In this document: piece by piece, positions 17,161 through 26,658 of the stretch
Numbering within the stretch: the stretch's first letter is position 1
How the letters are laid out: every line of letters starts with the position of its first letter
Program-made: the position numbers and the translations under genes
The notes under the pieces: model-generated
What the model saw: the letters and a program-made list of their open reading frames with translations, nothing else
The model's database searches: none
Told to the model about the DNA's origin: nothing
Assembly (NCBI GenBank): GCA_016184455.1
Contig: JACPCS010000102.1
Span: 11,962-75,961 of the forward strand
DNA from: Acidobacteriota bacterium
Lineage (GTDB): Bacteria > Acidobacteriota > Vicinamibacteria > Vicinamibacterales > UBA2999
DNA: 64,000 bases
Direction: 5' to 3'

Positions 17161-17836
17161 CCTCCCCCCCCTGCGCGAGATAGAACGAGAGGCTCTCGAG
17201 CGACACGGTGAGGTCGACGCTCTTCAGCTTCACCTCCGGCGGCACCTTGAGGGTCCCTGGTGAGAAGTTGAGGATGGCCTTGATGCCGGCCTCGACGACC
17301 AGGTCGACGACCGGCTGCGCGTGCGGCGCCGGCACCGCGATGACGGCGATGTCGTACCGCTCGCGCCGCGCCAGCCGCTTCAGCTCGCGGACGTCGTGAA
17401 TGGGGACGCCGCAGCGCGACTCATGCCCGATCTTCTCGTTCGCGATGTCGAAGAGCGCCGCGATGTCGAAGCCTTCCTGCCTGAATCCGGGGTAATCGGC
17501 GAGCGCCAGGCCGAGATTGCCGGCCCCCATGATGACGACGCGAAGCCGCCGATCGAGACCGAGGATCTGGCGCAGATGGCGGCGCAGCTCCTTCACGTAG
17601 TAGCCGACGCCGCGAACGCCGAACTCGCCAAAGTACGCGAGATCTTTGCGGATCTGGGCCGCGTTCAGGTGGAACTGCTCGGCAAGCGCCTGCGAGGAAA
17701 TCGTCTGCACCCCGGCGGTATCGAGCTCGTTGAGGCAGCGCAGATACACGGACAGCCGGTTGGTGGTGAGCTCGGAGACCTGATCGGGGAGCGGCCGCCG
17801 CTTGTTCGGCCGATTCACAAGCTCCAATGCTACCAT
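17132..17836 (-). CDS. rex: redox-sensing transcriptional repressor Rex
   Basis: [13 protein letters not shown]...[36 protein letters not shown] is followed by a Rossmann motif ([10 protein letters not shown]). The ATG at 17836 gives a typical length. Confidence 0.85.
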   Translation of the reverse strand: MVALELVNRPNKRRPLPDQVSELTTNRLSVYLRCLNELDTAGVQTISSQALAEQFHLNAAQIRKDLAYFGEFGVRGVGYYVKELRRHLRQILGLDRRLRVVIMGAGNLGLALADYPGFRQEGFDIAALFDIANEKIGHESRCGVPIHDVRELKRLARRERYDIAVIAVPAPHAQPVVDLVVEAGIKAILNFSPGTLKVPPEVKLKSVDLTVSLESLSFYLAQGGEEGASGAQGA

Positions 17837-17844
17837 CTCGCGCC

Positions 17845-19827
<1,983 letters not shown>

Positions 19828-19831
19828 TCGG

Positions 19832-20935
19832 GTGAACGTGGCCCGGGCGCTGGCGGCGACCGTTCTGGTGCTCGTCGCAATCGGCGACGCCGCGTCCCAG
19901 GGGCCGGTCCGCCGCCTCGCAACAGTCGCGGCGCTGCGCGAATACCCCAGCTACTTCCACCTGCAGAACGTCCTGCTTCACGGCGAGTTCGTCGAGAGCG
20001 GGATCGAAATCGTCCTGCGCGGCGGCGAGCGCGACGTGCCGGTCGTCCTCAAGGACACCACAACGCCGTCCGGTCTCGTCGAAGTGCGAGGCCAGCTCAT
20101 CGACGTCGGCCGCCTCGAGCCGAATGATGCGCGCATCGCGGCCTACGCACAGGAGCGCCGGCTCGATCCGTGGCCGCGGCCGGGCGAAGAGCTGGTCCTC
20201 ATGGTGACAAACGTGACGTCCACGCAGCCGGCGGCGTCACCCTCCGTTCGCGCGCTCGCGCTGCAGCCGTGGCGCTTCGAGGGACAGAAGGTCACCGTCG
20301 TCGGCCAGTTCCGCGGCCGGAATCTGTTTGGCGATCTGCCGAGCGCGCCAGGGAAGAGCCGTTGGGATTTCGTGCTGCGATCCGCGGACGCGGCCGTGTG
20401 GGTCACCGACCTCCAGCCACGCGGACGCGGCTTCGTCCTGTCAGTGGATGCACGCGTCGACACGGGACGCTGGCTCCGCGTGAGCGGCACCGTGGCGCTC
20501 GAGCGCGGACTGGTGACGGTCGCCGGCAACACGCTGGCAGAAGCCGAACCCGACACGGCGCCGGTGGAGGAAGAGGCGCCACCGCCACCGCCTCCCGCCG
20601 AACCGGGCGACGTGGTGTTCAGCTCGCCAACCGAGGGCGAAGCCGATGTGCCCGCGGCGGGCCGTGTCCGCGTTCAGTTTTCCAGGGGCATCGACCCGAC
20701 ATCGCTGACCGATCGTATTCGGGTCGGCTATCTCGGTGCGGCGCCCGACGCGGGTCAGGCTGCTCTGGAATTCACCTCCGCGTACGACGCCGCGACGAGG
20801 GCCGTTGAGATCCGGTTCACGCGTCCGCTCCAGCCCTTCCGGACCGTGCGGATCGAGCTGCTCGAAGGCATACGGACGTTCGACGGCGCGCCCGTGCGGC
20901 CCTGGACGCTTACCTTCTCTGTCGGTAGTAACTGA
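19832..20935 (+). CDS. secreted hypothetical protein with a C-terminal SbsA/Big_5-type Ig-like domain
   Basis: It starts at a GTG, has a signal peptide and a Pro-rich linker (EEEAPPPPPPAEPG). The C-terminus reads VVFSSPTEGEADVPAAGRVRVQFSRGIDPTSL... Confidence 0.55.
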   Translation: MNVARALAATVLVLVAIGDAASQGPVRRLATVAALREYPSYFHLQNVLLHGEFVESGIEIVLRGGERDVPVVLKDTTTPSGLVEVRGQLIDVGRLEPNDARIAAYAQERRLDPWPRPGEELVLMVTNVTSTQPAASPSVRALALQPWRFEGQKVTVVGQFRGRNLFGDLPSAPGKSRWDFVLRSADAAVWVTDLQPRGRGFVLSVDARVDTGRWLRVSGTVALERGLVTVAGNTLAEAEPDTAPVEEEAPPPPPPAEPGDVVFSSPTEGEADVPAAGRVRVQFSRGIDPTSLTDRIRVGYLGAAPDAGQAALEFTSAYDAATRAVEIRFTRPLQPFRTVRIELLEGIRTFDGAPVRPWTLTFSVGSN

Positions 20936-20947
20936 AACGTCCTTATC

Positions 20948-20979
20948 AAATCCCGAATCCCAAAACCCAAATCCCAACC
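20948..20979. repeat. CCCNNNN heptamer array (4 C-tracts), left bracket of the low-GC islet
   Basis: tCCCgaatCCCaaaaCCCaaatCCCaacc, with tracts at 20952, 20959, 20966 and 20973. It is an imperfect inverted repeat of 22244..22266. Confidence 0.85.
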
Positions 20980-21026
20980 GCCACATTCGCGGGCCGCTTC
21001 GATGTCTTACACTGCAGACTCACGAC

Positions 21027-21419
21027 TCAGTCTTCTTCTGTCTTGGAATTGCGCAGAATGGTTGCAACAATCTTAACGAGCTGCCTCGATTCTTCTATGA
21101 GCGGGTGGTCTGAGGGGTCAAGCAACCCTGTTTCCTTCAAGACTCGCAGCCGCAAGCGTGTCTCCTTGATTTCGCGAAGCACGATTCGCTCCTTTGCCAC
21201 AAAATCTCTTTTACTGGACCCGTCGTCCGCCTCTTCGGCATTTGACGCTGCTGATACGGCTGCATTCACAAGTTGTGCAGAAAGTGCAGCGCCGACACCG
21301 CTCCTGGCGTGCAATTTCTGAGCGACTCGAACGACGTCGCACGCAAAAACGAATAGTCTCTCGCGGATTTCGTACGGCTTATCGCTCGGTGCAGTCAAGA
21401 TATCGCCTGCCGTGCACAT
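21027..21419 (-). CDS. four-helix-bundle protein (23S rRNA intervening-sequence protein family)
   Basis: YEIRERLFVFACDVVRVAQKL...LSAQLVNAAVSAASNAEEADDGSSKRDFVAKERIVLREIKETRLRLRVL matches the family pattern from memory. Local GC is low. Confidence 0.65.
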   Translation of the reverse strand: MCTAGDILTAPSDKPYEIRERLFVFACDVVRVAQKLHARSGVGAALSAQLVNAAVSAASNAEEADDGSSKRDFVAKERIVLREIKETRLRLRVLKETGLLDPSDHPLIEESRQLVKIVATILRNSKTEED

Positions 21420-21721
21420 CGTGTTCCATCATGACAGTTCGCACCGGCTGGTGATTCGTTGGCGCCGTGACAAGAAATGCGGCGGCTCAGATTCCGGGGC
21501 ACGTCATCCGGTACAGTTGTGATCCCACCGGGTTCAAGTGAGTTGGATTTGGCTTCGGGACCTCGCGTCTAAGAAGGCCATGCCGCCTCTCAATCACAAC
21601 AAACCCGTGCTGGCGACATCCGTGAACTCCCGATGAATTTGATGCGGTCGGATCCGGCGTGGCGGGTTTACTCAGATCCTGAAGACGTCGGCACGCGTCG
21701 GCACGGCAATCGCTCTCCCTT

Positions 21722-22159
21722 CTATGCGCTGCATCTGTGTCGTGGTGTCGACGTCGTCGTCGCGATGCCTGCAGCCGCTGTCGCCAGTCCAGGTATAGGC
21801 GCTTGAACTGTCGCTGCAGCCTTTTCGAGGAGGATGATTTCAGCGGCCATTGCGACGATGGCGCTTTTGGCAACATCGAACAGGGACAGAGCCTCCTGAA
21901 TGCTCAAACACTCTTGCGGATGCATCGTCGGATTGCGATGCAAGTCTCGGATGTGGCCCAGAATGCCAGTCACTTTCGGGTTACCGCCAGCTGCCTTGAT
22001 CTCGTTGATGCACTGGGCCCATTCGGGCGATTTCGTGCCAGCCGGAAGTCCCTTCGTCAGCGCGTGGTACTTACGAAGAACGCCTTCGGTTGCCCGCATG
22101 ACATGAAATGCGGCCGCGGTGGGAACTTCGAACGCTAGACATCGCTTTATCGCGCGCAT
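21722..22159 (-). CDS. hypothetical protein, HEPN/DUF4145-like (motif-level inference)
   Basis: The 145-aa ORF starts at the ATG at 22159 and is all-helical in appearance. It contains RATEGVLRKY and IRDLHRNPTMH (R-x4-H). Local GC is low. Confidence 0.4.
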   Translation of the reverse strand: MRAIKRCLAFEVPTAAAFHVMRATEGVLRKYHALTKGLPAGTKSPEWAQCINEIKAAGGNPKVTGILGHIRDLHRNPTMHPQECLSIQEALSLFDVAKSAIVAMAAEIILLEKAAATVQAPIPGLATAAAGIATTTSTPRHRCSA

Positions 22160-22243
22160 TGCACCCTCACGGATCCAATGTGTCGATGAGGGTCACACCG
22201 GAGGCGTGACGCCGTCAAGCGGTACTTGCCTTGTGCTTCGGAT

Positions 22244-22266
22244 CGTTGGGCTTTGGGATTTGGGAC
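22244..22266. repeat. GGGNNNN heptamer array (3 G-tracts), right bracket of the low-GC islet
   Basis: gttGGGctttGGGatttGGGacc. Its reverse complement tcccaaatcccaaagcccaac matches the left array tcccaaaacccaaatcccaac at most positions. Confidence 0.8.
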
Positions 22267-22998
22267 CTATTCCCAGAGCGATCCCTGGCGTCGCAGATCC
22301 TCGACCGCCTGGCGGACGCGGTCGATCAGCGCGGCTCGATCGTCGACCGTCAGCCCCGCGGTCGGTATCGGCGCGCCGATCCGCACGCTGACGCGCACCG
22401 GTCTCACGAACGCACTGCCTTTCCGCATCGCCGCGCGTCCTCCCTGGACCGCCACCGGCACGACGGGCACCTGCGCCTTGATTGCCATGATGAAGCCGCC
22501 CTTCTTGAACGGGAGGAGCGCCCCGGTGCGGCTCCGCGTGCCCTCAGGGAAGATCAGGAAGGAGTTGCCCGCGCGGAGCGAGTCCGCTCCCCTGGCAATG
22601 GACGTCATCGCCTTGTCGCGGTCGCTGCGCTCGATCGGCACGAAGCCGCCCACGTCGAACACCGTGCCCATGATGGGAAACCGGTGCAGTTCCGCCTTGT
22701 AGAGGACATGAAGCTGCGGGTGCAGCGCACGGAACAGGACCGGCGGATCGACGTTGCTTTCGTGGTTGGAGCAGAAGACGACAGCCGTGCGCGGCACATG
22801 CGCGCGTCCGGCCACGCGGTAGCGGATGCCGGCAAGGGCGAGCGCGAGGCCGACGCCCGCATGCCCGAGCGCGTAGAGGCCGCGCTTCCAGCGCAGCACG
22901 GCGGCAAAGAAGAGACCGATCGGCCCGGCCACGGCAATGTAGGCAACGGTGACCGCGTAGGTGACGACCGAACGGAGCGCCACGAGAAAGTCGGCCAC
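22267..22998 (-). CDS. plsC: 1-acyl-sn-glycerol-3-phosphate acyltransferase
   Basis: The motifs NHESNVD, FPEGTRS and VPVVPVAV are present. The likely start is the GTG at 22998; the ORF track start at 23202 reads through the carD terminator. Confidence 0.8.
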   Translation of the reverse strand: MADFLVALRSVVTYAVTVAYIAVAGPIGLFFAAVLRWKRGLYALGHAGVGLALALAGIRYRVAGRAHVPRTAVVFCSNHESNVDPPVLFRALHPQLHVLYKAELHRFPIMGTVFDVGGFVPIERSDRDKAMTSIARGADSLRAGNSFLIFPEGTRSRTGALLPFKKGGFIMAIKAQVPVVPVAVQGGRAAMRKGSAFVRPVRVSVRIGAPIPTAGLTVDDRAALIDRVRQAVEDLRRQGSLWE

Positions 22999-23014
22999 AG
23001 ACCGCCTTGACTGT

Positions 23015-23048
23015 ACAAAAAATCGCCCGGGGGACGCGCCCCCGGGCG
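23015..23048 (-). terminator. rho-independent terminator downstream of carD
   Basis: On the minus strand: a 10-bp GC stem cgcccggggg/cccccgggcg (23024..23048), loop cgcgt, then attttttgt. Confidence 0.8.
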
Positions 23049-23084
23049 GCGAAGAAGGCAAAGGGCGACGCTTACGGCACCGCG

Positions 23085-23681
23085 CTACGATGCGCGGGCG
23101 GCGCGCCGGGGAGCGGCGACGATGACAGTCGCCTTCACCGGCTTGGCCATCTTGGCGCGGGCCGAGGCGCGCGCCATGTTGCGCGCCTTGACGATGAAGC
23201 ACTTCTCGAGCGCCCGGTCAACCTTCTCCTCGACCTCCGCGGCCTTCTCGCGCACCACCTCCGACACCTCGGAGACGATGAGCGCACGGGCGCGATCGAG
23301 CATCCGCTTCTCGCGGAACGACAGGCTCTTCGACTTGCTCAGGAAGGTCAGGCTCTTGAGCACGTCGGCCATGTCGTAGATGGAGCCGGTGCGCATCTTG
23401 TCGGAATTGTCCTTGAAGCGACCCTTCCAGTTCTGATGGTTGTCGATCTTGCCGTCGCTCAGGAGCGTGAACAGCCGTTCGACTTCCTCATCGCCGATCG
23501 CCTTGCGCAGGCCGACGCCCTCGACGTTGGAGACCGGCACCAGAACCGTGGTGTCGTTCGAGACGATACGCAGGTGGAAGAATCCGCAGGTGGTACCCAG
23601 GATGGTTTTGTCTTCGATCCGTTCGACGATGCCGAGTCCGTGGTTCGGGTAGATGACCTTGTCGCCGACCTGGAATGTCAC
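23085..23681 (-). CDS. carD: CarD-family transcriptional regulator
   Basis: FQVGDKVIYPNHGLGIVERIEDKTILG...FHLRI...VLVPVSNVEGVGLRK. The GTG at 23681 is preceded by GGGGGAA. Confidence 0.85.
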   Translation of the reverse strand: MTFQVGDKVIYPNHGLGIVERIEDKTILGTTCGFFHLRIVSNDTTVLVPVSNVEGVGLRKAIGDEEVERLFTLLSDGKIDNHQNWKGRFKDNSDKMRTGSIYDMADVLKSLTFLSKSKSLSFREKRMLDRARALIVSEVSEVVREKAAEVEEKVDRALEKCFIVKARNMARASARAKMAKPVKATVIVAAPRRAARAS

Positions 23682-23916
23682 GTTTCCCCCGTTGGAAGGT
23701 TGGTGGAAGGACCGGTTTCTCGCCGGGAACAGCACCCATGAGTATAGCGCAGGGCAGCGCCCCGATCAACGAATCTTGGCCGAAAAACGGCCGTTTCGTG
23801 CAGTTCGCCCCGCCCGCTGGCCCGTTGCCTGCACGCGCGGCACCGCTGGGGCGTGGCGGTAACCCTTGCCGTTCTGCGGAGTTGCCGACAGCTCGTCGGC
23901 AACCTTGAGTCTCTCC

Positions 23917-23945
23917 TTCACGGGGGTCAGACCCCTGTCTAGAAT
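23917..23945 (+). promoter_or_regulatory. candidate sigma70-type promoter giving a leaderless or very short-leader transcript
   Basis: TTCACG, 17 nt, TAGAAT. The -10 ends 5 nt before the ATG at 23951. Confidence 0.3.
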
Positions 23946-23950
23946 CAGGC

Positions 23951-24475
23951 ATGCCCCAGATGGTCGTCGCGGTCGCGCTGGCCGTCGGCCTGGCTGCACA
24001 GGCGGTCCGTGCCCCGTTCGTCGCCACCCCACCAGACGTCGTCGATCGCATGCTCGCGCTCGCGCAGGTCACCGCCCGCGACGCCGTCTACGATCTGGGC
24101 TGCGGCGACGGACGCATCGTCATCGCCGCGGCCCGAACCTACGGCGCGCGAGGAGTAGGCGTCGATATCGACCCCGCACGGATTGCCGAGGCGCGGCAGC
24201 ACGCGCGCGAGGCGGGCGTGGAGCACCTGGTGACGTTTCGCGTGGAAGATGCGCGCACGACCGACGTCTCGGACGCGACGGTGGTCACCCTGTACCTGGT
24301 GGCCGCCCTGAACGCGCAGCTCCGTCCCCGTCTGATGATGCAGCTCCGGCCCGGCACGCGCATCGTGTCCCACAATTTCCCGATCGGCGACTGGGAACCC
24401 GATCGCGTGGAAGTGCTCAGGAGCGCCGACGGGCAGACGCGGACGTTGTATCTATGGAGAATTCCGGAGGCCTGA
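23951..24475 (+). CDS. class I SAM-dependent methyltransferase (small, with a signal-like N-terminus)
   Basis: VYDLGCGDGRIVIAAARTYGARGVGVDIDP...VTLYL. Confidence 0.65.
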   Translation: MPQMVVAVALAVGLAAQAVRAPFVATPPDVVDRMLALAQVTARDAVYDLGCGDGRIVIAAARTYGARGVGVDIDPARIAEARQHAREAGVEHLVTFRVEDARTTDVSDATVVTLYLVAALNAQLRPRLMMQLRPGTRIVSHNFPIGDWEPDRVEVLRSADGQTRTLYLWRIPEA

Positions 24476-24499
24476 AGGCCTCCGGCCGCCAACTGCGAG

Positions 24500-25516
24500 T
24501 TACGCTCGGGCCACCGCCAGCTCGACGATCTCTTCGATCAACTGCGTGTAGGTCCGCCCCGATTTGCGCGCAGCCATTGCGAACTCGGCCCGTGAGGCGA
24601 GCCAGGGGTTCGGATTGGCCTCGATGACGGGCACGCGGCCGTCGGGCTGCAGCCGCATGTCGACGCGACCATAGTCGCGCAGCTCGAGCGCCTGGTAGGC
24701 CGCCACCGCCGTCTGGTGCAGCAGCTGCACGGTCTCCTCCGGCAGATCCGTCGCAATCGCGGACTTGGTGTCGCGATACGCCCGGGTGCCCTTGCCCCAC
24801 TTCACCTCGGCCGCCGCGATCCGCGGCGTCCCTTCCGGCAGCTTCGACAGATCCAGCTCGATCACGGGCAGGGCCTCGGGTTTGTCGTTGCCGAGCACGC
24901 CCACGTACATCTCCCGTCCCTCGATGTACTCCTCGATGAGCACCGGCGAGTCGAAGTGCGTGTGCAGCCAGTCCATCCGCTCCATCAGCTCGCGGATCGA
25001 GCTGACCACGGCGCTGAACTCGATGCCGATCGATCCATCCTCGCGTGCCGGCTTGACGATGACCGGGAACTGCAGGTCGTGTGAGAAGTCGAGGCGGCCG
25101 CGGTAACACTTGGCGAACGTGGGCGTGTGAATGCCGTGGAACGCGAAGATCTTCTTTGCCACGGCCTTGTCCTGCGCCAGCATCAGGCCGTGCGTGCCGG
25201 ATCCGGTGTACTTCTTTCCCACCAGGTCCAGGAACGCCGCAATCTTGAAGTCGGCGGTGTCGTCGGCGGCGAACGACTCGGCAAGGTTGAACACGAGGTC
25301 GCAGTCGACGCGCGCCAGGCCGAGAAGGCTCTTCTGCGTCCCGTCCAGCTCGTACATCACCGGCTCGTGGCCAACCTTCACCAGCGCCTCGGCGACCTCC
25401 TCCTCGACCTCCTTCTTGTCGAGCGTACGGACGACGGGCGCCTTGTCGGCCGCGGCCTCCTCGCTCTCGTCAACGAGGACGCGATCGTAGAGGACTACGA
25501 TCTTGAGCTTGCCCAT
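24500..25516 (-). CDS. ATP-grasp ligase, D-alanine--D-alanine ligase family
   Basis: The ATG is at 25516. KIVVLYD...DLVFNLAE...GLMLAQDKAVAKKIF..GIHTP...FPVIVKPAREDGSIGI...LIEEYIEGREMYVGVLG...GRVDMRL...VIEANPNP. Confidence 0.8.
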   Translation of the reverse strand: MGKLKIVVLYDRVLVDESEEAAADKAPVVRTLDKKEVEEEVAEALVKVGHEPVMYELDGTQKSLLGLARVDCDLVFNLAESFAADDTADFKIAAFLDLVGKKYTGSGTHGLMLAQDKAVAKKIFAFHGIHTPTFAKCYRGRLDFSHDLQFPVIVKPAREDGSIGIEFSAVVSSIRELMERMDWLHTHFDSPVLIEEYIEGREMYVGVLGNDKPEALPVIELDLSKLPEGTPRIAAAEVKWGKGTRAYRDTKSAIATDLPEETVQLLHQTAVAAYQALELRDYGRVDMRLQPDGRVPVIEANPNPWLASRAEFAMAARKSGRTYTQLIEEIVELAVARA

Positions 25517-25526
25517 GTGCCCATAA

Positions 25527-26231
25527 CTATGTCTCAAATCGCCCGCGCGTAAGAAAGTTCATCGCGAGCGTCGTCGCGAGCGCCGTGACCTCCACGAGAT
25601 ACCGCGCTTCTTCGCCCCGCTCGCCCCACAGCTTCATCCGCTCGCACGTGCGGCAGATCGAATCGATCAGCCCGCGGACGATCGCACGCGGCACGTCTGT
25701 CCAGTACGTGATCTTCTCGACGAGTTCCGGCCGATGCCTGTTTACGATATCGGCCGCAGGCTTCACTTCCTTTCGCCTGCGCGTCAGGACGATCTGGGAA
25801 AGGTGCGCGTCGAGGGCAATGTCGATGCGCGCCTGCCGCTCCTGCGCCGCCTGCTCGTAGAACTGTTCCACCGTCACGCCGATGTCCTCCGGGGTGATGT
25901 CTGCCTCGCCGGTCTTGACGATCGGCTCGACGTCGGCCAGCGCCCGGGTCACGCGCTCCACGTAGCGCAGCTTCTGCATGGCCGGCCAACCCTTGTACCT
26001 GCGCCGCCACGCGCTTCGCGGCGTCAGCCACACCGCAAACGTCTCGGCACAGTCCTCGTCGGGGTGCTTCTGCGCGTACCACCCTTCGATGTGGCGGACG
26101 AAGTTGCGGCTGAAGGGAACGGGGCGGTAATCGTCGCGATAGGGGCGGAAGAACGGCCCGAACAGCCGGCGCCACTCGGGCGTGGTGTAGAGGCGGTACG
26201 CATAGTTGAAGACAATAGAAAAGGGTGCGAT
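25527..26231 (-). CDS. zinc-metallopeptidase-like (Peptidase_Mx-type) protein lacking HExxH and lacking a canonical start codon
   Basis: The frame is open from the TGA at 26265-26267. The conserved-looking ...YAYRLYTTPEWRRLFG...WYAQKHPDEDCAETFAVWL lies upstream of the first ATG/GTG/TTG (GTG at 26033). The 3' end overlaps the ATP-grasp start region. Confidence 0.5.
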   Translation of the reverse strand: MAPFSIVFNYAYRLYTTPEWRRLFGPFFRPYRDDYRPVPFSRNFVRHIEGWYAQKHPDEDCAETFAVWLTPRSAWRRRYKGWPAMQKLRYVERVTRALADVEPIVKTGEADITPEDIGVTVEQFYEQAAQERQARIDIALDAHLSQIVLTRRRKEVKPAADIVNRHRPELVEKITYWTDVPRAIVRGLIDSICRTCERMKLWGERGEEARYLVEVTALATTLAMNFLTRGRFET

Positions 26232-26394
26232 TATGCAGCCCGAGCCTGAGCCGAAGCGTGCACCTCAGGAGCGGCCCGACGAGCCGCCACAGCCGGACCG
26301 CGATCAGCCCGACGTGGCGCGCGAGCGCAAACCGCCGGAAGACGCCAGGCGCATCGAGCGGTATCGCGAACGGTAGCGGTAGCGGCGGGCGCCC

Positions 26395-26625
26395 CTACAG
26401 GCCTTCGTCGCCGGGCCGCCGCTCGTCGCGGCTGCGTCCGGCGTCGGTGTGCCGCCGGGAGCGATCCCAGTCGCCTCGCGCCTGATCGCGGTTGGGATTC
26501 CGATAGTTCGTGCCGGCGCGGTCCTGGACGATTTCTGACCCTATCTCGTCCAGAACTTCACGCCGGACCTGCTGATCCTTCTTGAGCTCCCTGCTCTCAC
26601 CGCGGCGCCGGTCTGTGATGCGCAT
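26395..26625 (-). CDS. possible small, highly charged protein (76 aa)
   Basis: It starts at an ATG, has G/C-rich third positions and is Arg/Asp/Glu-rich (MRITDRRRGESRELKKDQQVRREVLDEIG...). I recognise no family. Confidence 0.3.
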   Translation of the reverse strand: MRITDRRRGESRELKKDQQVRREVLDEIGSEIVQDRAGTNYRNPNRDQARGDWDRSRRHTDAGRSRDERRPGDEGL

Positions 26626-26658
26626 GCGACCGGCGGTCCAAGAGCTGTGCCAGAGGCG

